A stretch of DNA of 38,191 bases from a bacterium (GTDB taxonomy: Bacteria > Verrucomicrobiota > Kiritimatiellia > RFP12 > UBA1067): assembly GCA_963661055.1 (NCBI GenBank), contig CAVLAC010000002.1, forward strand, positions 1-38,191, written 5' to 3'. The position numbers were made by a program, and so were the translations under genes. Below are positions 1 to 8,056 of this stretch, piece by piece (position 1 is the stretch's first letter; every line of letters starts with the position of its first letter). Under the pieces are notes generated by a model. It saw only the letters and a program-made list of their open reading frames with translations, searched no databases and had not been told where the DNA came from.

Positions 1-10
1 TTTTGAACGG

Positions 11-70
11 AACACCTAGGTCTTTTAATCAAAACACCTAGGTCTTTTGTTTGAAACACCTAGGTGTTTT
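11..70. repeat. Three direct copies of AACACCTAGGT(C/G)TTTT spaced exactly 22 bp apart (starts 11, 33, 55). The third is part of a perfect 16-bp palindrome AAACACCTAGGTGTTT (54-69).
   Basis: Read directly from the sequence. Each copy is centred on CCTAGG. The array touches the window edge and may continue upstream. Confidence 0.85.
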
Positions 71-116
71 GACGCTCACCTCTGCATCCCAGCTATGGTT
101 TGTGTATAAGGGGGCA

Positions 117-159
117 GTTTTAAACCCAAGAGTCACAGAGTCACAGAGGCACAGAGAAG
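117..159 (-). repeat. Triplicated-8-mer module in reverse orientation. Reverse complement reads CTTCTCTGTGCCTCTGTGACTCTGTGACTCTTGGGTTTAAAAC.
   Basis: Same architecture as the modules at 6018-6060 and 37126-37170: (N)TCTGTG units repeated 3-4 times, then a TTTAAAAC tail. Confidence 0.7.
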
Positions 160-203
160 TGGAGGGAGAATGTGCCGCGCCTCGTGCGTCCCAGCCAAAC
201 TGC

Positions 204-240
204 AATCCTGTAAATCCTGTTAATCCTGTCTAATCTCAAC
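204..240 (+). repeat. Triplicated-9-mer module AATCCTGTA AATCCTGTT AATCCTGTC followed by TAATCTCAAC.
   Basis: Read directly from the sequence. Same layout as the 37.1-37.4 kb modules but with a different unit sequence. Confidence 0.7.
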
Positions 241-294
241 TATGCAAATTTTACTTAGTAAGTAAAGATTGCATAGACAATGCGACCACGAATG

Positions 295-303
295 TGGTAT
301 AAT
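295..303 (+). promoter_or_regulatory. Extended -10 promoter element TGGTATAAT, 6 nt upstream of ATG 310 (leaderless arrangement).
   Basis: Exact TGnTATAAT. The same 9-mer recurs upstream of many genes in this window. Confidence 0.55.
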
Positions 304-309
304 ATAGGC

Positions 310-1464
310 ATGATTGAACGAGAAATAGCAAGTAGAATCAAGGCTTTTGTGCGCGAGTACCCTGTCGTAACCGTGACAGGTCCGCGGCAAAGTGGTAAGA
401 CGACGCTGATACGCGCGCTCTTCCCAGATTGGGTTTATGTTAACCTTGAATCCTTGGCAGAGCGGTCTTTTGCACAGGAAGACCCCATTGCTTTTTTGGG
501 GCAATTTAAGGGAAAGAGTGTCATTCTAGACGAAATTCAGCGTGTCCCTGAGCTACTTTCTCAGATTCAGGTAGTAGTCGATGAAGAACATAAATCGGAG
601 CGATTCATATTAACGGGCTCTCAGAACTTTTCGCTTATGCGCGGCGTAACCCAAAGTTTGGCAGGGCGCACGGCTCTTGTCACACTTTTGCCACTCTCCC
701 TCACGGAAATAAAAGGGCTCATTCGCGAACAGTCCCTCGATGAGACGATGTGGAAGGGGTTCTATCCGAAGATTTACAGCTCAAAGGTGTTGCCAACGGA
801 CGAGCTTTCGTTCTATATTCAGACTTACCTCGAGCGCGATATCCGTGAGGTTGAAAATGTGCGAAATCTACGGACTTTCTCGACATTTTTGCGTCTTGCG
901 GCGGGGCGTACGGGGCAAGTGTTGAATATTTCGTCGCTCGCGGCAGATGCGAGCATATCTCCCAAGGTAGCTTCGGAGTGGTTGTCGCTCTTGGAGGCAA
1001 GTTTTATCGTCCAATTGCTTGAGCCTTGGCACGCTAATCTCAATAAGCGACTCACGAAAGCCCCAAAGTTATACTTCACGGATGTTGGGCTTGCGGCAAA
1101 TCTCATTGGCATTACAGAGCCCACCCAACTCGCGGCACATCCCTTGCGTGGCGCACTCTTTGAGACAATGGTTGTTGGCGAATTCATTAAGGGCATTCTG
1201 AATACAGGTTCTCACGCAAGAATCAACTACTACCGCGATTCTAATCAGAATGAGATTGACCTCGTTGTAACGGAAGGCGACAAGGTCTCGCTCTACGAGA
1301 TAAAAAGTGGCTCAACCTATTCTAGTGATTGGATATCGACCATAAATCGCCTTGCCCCACAGTTTGGTAATGTCGTCCGTAAAGCAGTCGTTTACGGAGG
1401 CAACACCTCCCAGCGCCGTACGGAGTTTAATATCCTTTCTTGGCGTAGGGCTACACAAATTTAG
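310..1464 (+). CDS. AAA+ ATPase, DUF4143/COG1373-like ATP-binding protein
   Basis: ORF 280..1464. Walker A GPRQSGKTT and Walker-B-like VILDEIQ are present. Start moved to ATG 310 (MIEREIA) because the TGGTATAAT box lies inside the longer ORF. Confidence 0.75.
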   Translation: MIEREIASRIKAFVREYPVVTVTGPRQSGKTTLIRALFPDWVYVNLESLAERSFAQEDPIAFLGQFKGKSVILDEIQRVPELLSQIQVVVDEEHKSERFILTGSQNFSLMRGVTQSLAGRTALVTLLPLSLTEIKGLIREQSLDETMWKGFYPKIYSSKVLPTDELSFYIQTYLERDIREVENVRNLRTFSTFLRLAAGRTGQVLNISSLAADASISPKVASEWLSLLEASFIVQLLEPWHANLNKRLTKAPKLYFTDVGLAANLIGITEPTQLAAHPLRGALFETMVVGEFIKGILNTGSHARINYYRDSNQNEIDLVVTEGDKVSLYEIKSGSTYSSDWISTINRLAPQFGNVVRKAVVYGGNTSQRRTEFNILSWRRATQI

Positions 1465-1471
1465 CGAAATA

Positions 1472-1480
1472 TGGTATAAT
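1472..1480 (+). promoter_or_regulatory. Extended -10 promoter element TGGTATAAT for the hydrolase gene.
   Basis: Exact 9-mer located 36 nt upstream of ATG 1516. An AAGGAG Shine-Dalgarno lies at 1504-1509. Confidence 0.5.
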
Positions 1481-1515
1481 AAGTGTCGCTAATAATCGTT
1501 TAGAAGGAGAAATTG

Positions 1516-4500
1516 ATGAAGAAGGTTGTGTGTTCTGCCGCGATCGCGGCACTTTGTCTTGTGGCGGGGGCCACGGAGGGCATTGTGGAGTGGGATTTCC
1601 CGCGCTTGGGAAATTGCCACGAGGGAATGGCGTTCGCCGATGGCGTAACGGGCGTTCTTGTTTGGGGCGGCGGGGACGAACTGCGCCTCACGCTGGGGCG
1701 CGCCGACCTCTGGGATCATCGCGGGGGGTATCCGTGGACAGCCGACCAGAACTATAAGCACATCGTCAATCTTTGGAAGACTGGCGAAAAAGAGGCTCTC
1801 CTTTCGCTCTTCAAGAAAGAAACTCCCGAGGGTGAGCCCAGAAACCCCTATATGCTCCCACTCGGACGGCTTGTCGTGAAGATGAAGGACGCTCGACTCG
1901 TGCGCGGCGAACTCAATACCCGCACAGGTCTCGGCACGCTCTTCCTTGCCGATGGGCGCACACTCGAGATGGCGACCTCGCCCCAATCACGGACGTTTAG
2001 TATCCGTTTCCCCGAGGGGCTCGACTACGAGGTCTCGTCCATCCCTTCGATGGAGCAACCCATTGCCAACGCGGCACTTTCGAAGCTCGGATTCCGTGCG
2101 GCAGTTAAGCGGGAGGACGGCTTTGATTGGGAATTGCCTGCCGACCCGAGTGTCTCCGTCTCCTACCAAAAGAACGGACGCGATCTCGGGGTGGTCACCT
2201 ATCGCGATGGGAAGTCCGTCGCCCCTGCCACTTTTGACGCGGTAAAGGCGCAGTCCTTTGCTCATTGGCAGTCCTTTTGGGCACGGAGCGCCCGCATTCA
2301 TGTTCCTGAGCCCATTCTTCAGCGCATTTACGATTATGGTATGTACCGCTTTGGGGCGATGACGGACCCCAATGGCGTGCCGGCGGGGCTGCAGGGTCCG
2401 TGGCTCGAGGACGACAAACTCGTCCCTTGGAATGGCGATTATCACTTCAATATCAATGTGCAGGAATGCTATGCGCCCGCGTTCCGTGGCGGACACTTCG
2501 CCAACTTGAAGCCGCTCTTTAAGATGATGCTCGCGTGGCGGCCGCTTTTGCGTGAGAATGCCCGTAAATTCTGCGGTATTGAGGATGGCTATGTTATGCC
2601 GCACTCGGTCGACGATCGCGGCGTTTGCATTGGCGGATTCTGGACGGGCACCATCGACCACGGTTCTGCCGCGTGGATGGCGAGCTATATGTTCCGTTAT
2701 GTGAAATACGCGAAAGACACGGACTTCCTGCGTGAGGCGGCGTATGACTTCATGAAAGGGACGATGAATGTCTATCTCGCAATGCTCGAGGAAGATAAGG
2801 ACGGCAATTTGGCGATTCCGTTCGGTCCGAGCCCTGAGTGGGGGGCAACGGACTTTGAGAAGGCGGTGGGGCGGAATCCGAGCTTTCAGCTTGCGGCGTG
2901 CCATCGCCTCGCGAAAGACCTAATAAGCGCGGCAAAAATGCTGGGTGAGGAACCTGACGCACGGTGGATCGCCATCGAAAAGAAGCTACCCTATTTTGCC
3001 AAAGGCGAGCGCGGTATTGACATCTTCGAGGGAGTAGATTTAAATGAAACCCACCGCCACCACTCGCATATGGCAGGAATCTTCCCCTTTGATATAGTGC
3101 CGCGCTTAAACGGAGAGAATAAAGATGTTCTTGCGGCGACTTACCGCAATTGGGTCGAGCGCGGCACAGGACTTTGGTCGGGCTGGTGCGTGCCTTGGGC
3201 GAGCGTTTTGCATACGGATGCCGGCAATGCCGTCGCCGCCGTCGAAATGCTCCGTGCTTGGGAGCGGTATTACTGTGATGAGGGGCACGGTTCGCACCAC
3301 AATGCCGTTTGGGATGGCTTTACCGCATTTGATAAAGGACGCGGTGTTATGCAAATGGACGGACAATGTGCCGCGACCGCGGCAGTTTTGGAGCTACTCG
3401 TCCACGAGATTGAGGGTGAGCCGCAGTTCTTTAGGGGGTGTCCAGAAGATTGGAAGGAAGTTTCCTTTGAGAATGTCGCGCTTGCCGATGGTCGCCGTGT
3501 GAGTGGGTGCCGCAAGAATGGGGTTGCTTCCATTTGGGAGGCGGGCGGTGTCTTCTCGTCTGAGGAGAGCGAATGGCTCTCGGTCAAGGACGCGCCAGTC
3601 TTCACGGGCGAAGTGAAGGACGGTGCCCGCGCGGCAGATGGAACGAGCTGGTTCTATCGTGCCGTTACCAATGAGGAGAAGCTCGTTTCCGCTAAATGGA
3701 CCGTCTCGGGGCTCGGAGTTTTCGATGTCTTCGTTAATGGCAAGCGGGTTGGGACGGACTTCCTGAAGCCTGGCTTTACGCACGGCAAGAAGACGAGGTT
3801 TGCCTTCTCCTATGATGTAACGGAACTTATGAAGTCCGAAAAGGGCGGTGTGAATGACTTCGCGGCAGAAGTCTCGGCGGGCTGGTGGCGTGATAAAATC
3901 GTCAATTTTGTGGGCAAAAAGAGTGCTTTTCGCGGCGAATTGGTGCTAGAGTATGCGAACGGAACGCGCCAAGTCGTCGGCACTCGCGCGGCAGATTGGG
4001 CGAGTGGCGTTGCGGGCGCGGTGACCCACGCGGCAATCTTTGATGGCGAAGAGTATGATGCGCGGCAGATTAACCCGACGGCTGGGCAAGGGCTGAGCAC
4101 CGCTCAGACCGAGGCTAACCTCGAGTTCGCGGGCGAGATTTTGCCGAGTCCAGGCGCGGAAGTCGTTCTTCGCGAGGATTTGGCGATGAAACCCATTGAA
4201 GCCTATACTTGGCAGGGTGTGGAGGGCGCGAATTCTAATGAATATGGTCGCGTTATTCGCACGCATACCTTTATGCCAGGCGAGAAACTCTCCATTCGGG
4301 CGGGTGAGACACTGGTCGCAGATTTCGGACAGAACTGTGCGGGAGTGCCGCGCTTCACTTTCCGTGGCGAGGAAGGCACGGTTCTTACGGCGCTCCCTGC
4401 TGAAATGCTGAATGACTACAATGGCGCAAAGAGTCGCGGCAATGACGGACCTGAGGGTTCCGTTTACCGCACGAATTTGCGCTCGCCCGAGGAGGGAATG

Positions 4501-5994
4501 CGCGTTGTTTATACTTTCGGGAAGGGCGATGAGGCTGTCACCTATCTGCCGCGCTTTACCTTCTTTGGTTATCGCTATATCTCTATTACGGCGACGAAGA
4601 ATGTGGTTATTGAGTCACTCGAAAGCGTGCCCGTGAGTTCCGTCACGAAGGCGATGGAGTCGGGCAAGATTGAGGTGGGCGACCCCGACCTTAATCGCTT
4701 CCTCCAGAATGTGTATTGGGGACAACTTTCCAATTACCTTTCAGTGCCAACGGACTGCCCTCAGCGCAATGAGCGCCTCGGTTGGAGTGCGGATACTCAG
4801 GTCTTTTGTGAGGCGGGCTCGTTCAATGCGGATACGCGGCGTTTCTTTGCGAAGTTTACGCGCGACCTGCGGGATAATCGCTGTAAGGACGGCGGCTTCT
4901 CGTCCGTCGCCCCGCTCGCACAGTACGGAAACGAGACCTTCGTCTTTGGCTGGGCGGATGTCGGCGTGATAGTTCCGTGGACCATCTGGAAGCACTATGG
5001 CGATACAAGCATTGTGGAGGCGAACTGGGACGCGATGGTCAAGTTTGTGAAGAAACTCGATGAGACGAAGTACAACTTTGAGGGCAAAATTGGCTATATT
5101 TACGCGGATTGGCTCTCGTTTGAGACCTTTGAGAGTTTCGGCAACCGCTTTGGGAGCTGGAAGAAGTGGGGGAAGGACCCCGACGCACGCAATTATCGCC
5201 TCTTCCTTGCCGCGTGCTATTGGCTCTACGACGCACAATTGATGTGCGAGATGGGCGCGGCAATTGGCAAGACCGAGGATGTCGCCTACTTTAAGGAAAG
5301 CGCGGCACGGGCGCGGGAATATATCCGTAGTAAATTTGTGGAAGCGGACGGACTCCTCCTGAAGCCTATGCGCGGACTCCAAGCGGCGTGCGTTTTTGCG
5401 CTCAAGTTTGGCATTGTGGAAGGCGCGGCAAAAGAAGCAACGAAGAAGATTCTGCTCGACTCCATTGCCGCGCATGATGGATGCCTCCAAACAGGCTTCT
5501 TAGGGACGAGCTTCTTTATGGATGTCCTTGCCCAAGAGAATGAATGGGACGCGGCATACGGACTTCTTTTGCAACACAAGAACCCGAGTTGGCTCTATTC
5601 GGTCGACCAAGGCGCGACAACCGTTTGGGAGCGCTGGGATAGCTATACGAAAAAGGATGGCTTTGGCTCTTCGTGCATGAATAGTTTCAATCACTATGCG
5701 TACGGATCTGTCGCCGCGTGGGTCTATCGTAATGTGGCAGGTATCGCGTCCGACCCCAAAACGCCTGGCTTTAAGCGCCTCATCCTCGCCCCGAAACCCG
5801 ATCGGAGATTGGGGTATGTGAAGGCGAGTTATCGCTCGGCGGCAGGTGAGATTAAGAGCGCGTGGCGGTATGAGGGCAATAAGTGGCTTTGGGACTTCAC
5901 CATCCCCGAGGGCGTGACCGCCGAAGTGCATCTCCCAAATGGCACTGCCCCCGAAACCCTCCCCGCCGGCACCTATCACCGCGAACTCCCTTAA
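1516..5994 (+). CDS. Secreted two-domain glycoside hydrolase: N-terminal GH95-like domain fused to a C-terminal GH78 alpha-L-rhamnosidase-like domain
   Basis: Signal peptide MKKVVCSAAIAALCLVAGA. GH95-type motifs: LQGPW..PWNGDYHFNINVQECY and HRHHSHMAGIFP. GH78-type motifs: VPTDCPQRNERLGWSADTQVF and TVWERWDSY. ATG 1516 preferred over TTG 1513 on SD spacing. Confidence 0.8.
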   Translation: MKKVVCSAAIAALCLVAGATEGIVEWDFPRLGNCHEGMAFADGVTGVLVWGGGDELRLTLGRADLWDHRGGYPWTADQNYKHIVNLWKTGEKEALLSLFKKETPEGEPRNPYMLPLGRLVVKMKDARLVRGELNTRTGLGTLFLADGRTLEMATSPQSRTFSIRFPEGLDYEVSSIPSMEQPIANAALSKLGFRAAVKREDGFDWELPADPSVSVSYQKNGRDLGVVTYRDGKSVAPATFDAVKAQSFAHWQSFWARSARIHVPEPILQRIYDYGMYRFGAMTDPNGVPAGLQGPWLEDDKLVPWNGDYHFNINVQECYAPAFRGGHFANLKPLFKMMLAWRPLLRENARKFCGIEDGYVMPHSVDDRGVCIGGFWTGTIDHGSAAWMASYMFRYVKYAKDTDFLREAAYDFMKGTMNVYLAMLEEDKDGNLAIPFGPSPEWGATDFEKAVGRNPSFQLAACHRLAKDLISAAKMLGEEPDARWIAIEKKLPYFAKGERGIDIFEGVDLNETHRHHSHMAGIFPFDIVPRLNGENKDVLAATYRNWVERGTGLWSGWCVPWASVLHTDAGNAVAAVEMLRAWERYYCDEGHGSHHNAVWDGFTAFDKGRGVMQMDGQCAATAAVLELLVHEIEGEPQFFRGCPEDWKEVSFENVALADGRRVSGCRKNGVASIWEAGGVFSSEESEWLSVKDAPVFTGEVKDGARAADGTSWFYRAVTNEEKLVSAKWTVSGLGVFDVFVNGKRVGTDFLKPGFTHGKKTRFAFSYDVTELMKSEKGGVNDFAAEVSAGWWRDKIVNFVGKKSAFRGELVLEYANGTRQVVGTRAADWASGVAGAVTHAAIFDGEEYDARQINPTAGQGLSTAQTEANLEFAGEILPSPGAEVVLREDLAMKPIEAYTWQGVEGANSNEYGRVIRTHTFMPGEKLSIRAGETLVADFGQNCAGVPRFTFRGEEGTVLTALPAEMLNDYNGAKSRGNDGPEGSVYRTNLRSPEEGMRVVYTFGKGDEAVTYLPRFTFFGYRYISITATKNVVIESLESVPVSSVTKAMESGKIEVGDPDLNRFLQNVYWGQLSNYLSVPTDCPQRNERLGWSADTQVFCEAGSFNADTRRFFAKFTRDLRDNRCKDGGFSSVAPLAQYGNETFVFGWADVGVIVPWTIWKHYGDTSIVEANWDAMVKFVKKLDETKYNFEGKIGYIYADWLSFETFESFGNRFGSWKKWGKDPDARNYRLFLAACYWLYDAQLMCEMGAAIGKTEDVAYFKESAARAREYIRSKFVEADGLLLKPMRGLQAACVFALKFGIVEGAAKEATKKILLDSIAAHDGCLQTGFLGTSFFMDVLAQENEWDAAYGLLLQHKNPSWLYSVDQGATTVWERWDSYTKKDGFGSSCMNSFNHYAYGSVAAWVYRNVAGIASDPKTPGFKRLILAPKPDRRLGYVKASYRSAAGEIKSAWRYEGNKWLWDFTIPEGVTAEVHLPNGTAPETLPAGTYHRELP

Positions 5995-5995
5995 A

Positions 5996-6017
5996 GGTAG
6001 GGGCTGCCCGCCCTACC
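5996..6017. repeat. Hairpin GGTAGGG-GCTGCCCG-CCCTACC, apparently a collapsed member of the GGTAGG hairpin family. Lies immediately after the hydrolase stop codon.
   Basis: 7-bp perfect stem. Shares the GGTAGGGCGGGCAG / CCCCTACC halves (on the reverse complement) with the elements at 36.5-37.6 kb. Confidence 0.7.
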
Positions 6018-6060
6018 ATCTTTTCTCTGTGCCTTTGTGCCTCTCGGGTTAAAAAAAAAC
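6018..6060 (+). repeat. Triplicated-unit module ATCTTTTCTCTGTGCCTTTGTGCCTCTCGGG + TTAAAAAAAAAC
   Basis: Same layout as 37126-37170. Directly abuts the hairpin at 5996-6017. Confidence 0.65.
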
Positions 6061-6119
6061 GGACGCGATTAAGAAAGCGACTTTCGTGCAAAAGGATACT
6101 GTTCGGTTGGCGCGAAAAA

Positions 6120-6128
6120 TGGTATAAT
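6120..6128 (+). promoter_or_regulatory. Extended -10 promoter element TGGTATAAT, 12 nt upstream of ATG 6141, with no SD in between.
   Basis: Exact 9-mer. Confidence 0.5.
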
Positions 6129-6140
6129 AGAGCCAACAAT

Positions 6141-6647
6141 ATGCGAGCAAGGAGTAAAACTTTGGCGACAGTAAAAGATCCTCGTCCGTCGTGGGATGAG
6201 TATTTTATGGGAATTGCTGCGGTTGTAGCAACACGCAGTAATTGTCGTCGTCGGCATGTCGCGGCGATTATTGTGAAAGATAATCACATTCTCTCGACGG
6301 GCTACAATGGTACGCCCCACGGCGTGAAGAATTGCTTTGCGGGGGGGTGTCCGCGTTGTGCAGGGGCGACTCAAAGCGGCTCGCACTTGGAAGAGTGCCT
6401 TTGCGTCCACGCCGAGCAGAACGCGATTTGCCAAGCTGCGCTTTATGGGCACGCCTTGAATGGCGCGACGGCGTATGTGACGATTTCGCCCTGCCTAACG
6501 TGCGCGAAGCTCCTCATTAACGCGGGCATAAAGGAAGTCGTCTATGGCGGGGACTACGCGTTCTTGGATTCCGTCAAGAAACTCTTTCAGCAGGCGGGCG
6601 TGAAGCATCGCGCCTATAAGCCCACGAAGAAAGGCAAGAAGATTTAA
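6141..6647 (+). CDS. Deoxycytidylate (dCMP) deaminase / ComEB-type cytidine-deoxycytidylate deaminase
   Basis: Zinc-binding motifs HAEQNAI and PCLTCAK. The long ORF 5883..6647 is trimmed to ATG 6141 because its upstream part runs through repeats and the promoter. Confidence 0.85.
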   Translation: MRARSKTLATVKDPRPSWDEYFMGIAAVVATRSNCRRRHVAAIIVKDNHILSTGYNGTPHGVKNCFAGGCPRCAGATQSGSHLEECLCVHAEQNAICQAALYGHALNGATAYVTISPCLTCAKLLINAGIKEVVYGGDYAFLDSVKKLFQQAGVKHRAYKPTKKGKKI

Positions 6648-6689
6648 AGGTCTCGGCGAGAGCCGAATAAATTAAAGGAAAGAAGTAAG

Positions 6690-7454
6690 ATGAGAAAGAA
6701 AATCATCGCAGGCAATTGGAAAATGAACATCAAGCCGTCCGAAACTGCGGCACTTGTGAAGGGCATCGCGGAAGCGACGAAGGATATGACGAATGTCGAT
6801 ATCGTCTGCTGCACTCCCGCAGTGGATCTTCCCGCGGCTGTCGCGGCGGCGGCAGGCACGGCTGTTGAAGTCGGCGCGGAAAATGTGCACTGGGAAGCGA
6901 GCGGCGCTTTCACGGGCGAAATTTCGACGGGCATGTTGCTTGATGTCGGTGCGAAGTATGTGATTATCGGGCACTCCGAGCGTCGTCAATATTTCGGCGA
7001 GACGGATGAGACCGTGAACAAGCGTACTCGCGCGGCAATTGCGGCGGGGCTCACGGCGATTGTCTGCGTTGGCGAGACACTCGAAGAGCGCGAAGCGGGC
7101 AAGCTCAACGAAGTCATTGAGCGCCAGATGAATGTTGGTCTTAAGGATATTACGGCGGCGGACTGCGCGAAGCTCGTCATTGCCTATGAGCCTGTTTGGG
7201 CGATTGGTACGGGCAAGACGGCGACCCCCGATCAGGCGCAGGAAGTCCACGCACTCATTCGCGCGACCCTCGCGAAGCTCGTCGGAGCTGAAACGGCGGA
7301 AACGGTCCGTATCCAGTACGGTGGCTCGATGAAGCCTGGCAACGCGGCGGAACTCCTCGCGAAGAAGGATATCGATGGCGGTCTCATCGGTGGTGCCGCG
7401 CTCAAGGCGGACTCCTTCGCGGGCATCATTGCTGCAGCAGCGGCGGCGAAGTAA
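6690..7454 (+). CDS. tpiA: Triosephosphate isomerase
   Basis: Motifs AGNWKMN, IIGHSERR, AYEPVWAIGTG and QYGGS. Confidence 0.95.
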   Translation: MRKKIIAGNWKMNIKPSETAALVKGIAEATKDMTNVDIVCCTPAVDLPAAVAAAAGTAVEVGAENVHWEASGAFTGEISTGMLLDVGAKYVIIGHSERRQYFGETDETVNKRTRAAIAAGLTAIVCVGETLEEREAGKLNEVIERQMNVGLKDITAADCAKLVIAYEPVWAIGTGKTATPDQAQEVHALIRATLAKLVGAETAETVRIQYGGSMKPGNAAELLAKKDIDGGLIGGAALKADSFAGIIAAAAAAK

Positions 7455-8056
7455 TGGTACAATTTCCTACCAAAAAAGTCCTCGCATTCGCCGCGTTCGC
7501 GGCGTTTGCGGGGTGCTTTAATGAGCCTACGCCCGAGGAACAGTATGTTCCTGAGGGGGCTCATGTCTATTTGCAGGAAAAGGGGCTCGGCGATCTCTCA
7601 AAGGAAAGCCTGGACGCGGCGAAAATCGTCTATCTCAATCTCGACCGCAATGCCCTCACGAATGTCGCGCCTGTCGCTACGCTCACGAATCTCAAGTGGC
7701 TTCGGCTCAACCATAATCGCCTTGCCGCGCTCCCCGATCTTGCCGCGCTCAAGAGCCTTAGGCGCATCTATCTCGCGAATAATCGCCTGACGGCCGTTCC
7801 CGAAACGCTGAAGGATTTGTCGAGCTTGACGGATATCGAGCTTTCGGGCAACCCGATTACGGAAGTCCCCGCGTGGCTCGCGCAAAAGGAGGGACTCCAG
7901 TTCCTCTCGCTGAACCGCACGAAGATACAGAAGCTCCCCGCCGACCTTTCGGCTTGGCGCACCTTGAAGGCACTCCAACTCGGTAGCCTCAACCTTTCTG
8001 CGGAAGAAATGGCACGCATCCGCGCGGCACTTCCGAAGACGGCAATTGTATTTTAA
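7454..8056 (+). CDS. Leucine-rich-repeat lipoprotein
   Basis: Lipobox-like AFAAFAGC near the N-terminus. About 7 tandem 22-23-aa LxxLxLxxNxL repeats (e.g. LKWLRLNHNRLAALP, LRRIYLANNRLTAVP, LTDIELSGNPITEVP). TAATG overlap with the tpiA stop. Confidence 0.75.
   Translation: MVQFPTKKVLAFAAFAAFAGCFNEPTPEEQYVPEGAHVYLQEKGLGDLSKESLDAAKIVYLNLDRNALTNVAPVATLTNLKWLRLNHNRLAALPDLAALKSLRRIYLANNRLTAVPETLKDLSSLTDIELSGNPITEVPAWLAQKEGLQFLSLNRTKIQKLPADLSAWRTLKALQLGSLNLSAEEMARIRAALPKTAIVF

Noticed and set aside
1987-5979. Multiple minus-strand and alternative-frame ORFs (up to 305 aa) inside the hydrolase gene.
   Set aside because: They are nested in a 1492-aa ORF that carries GH95 and GH78 signatures, and they contain no motifs of their own.
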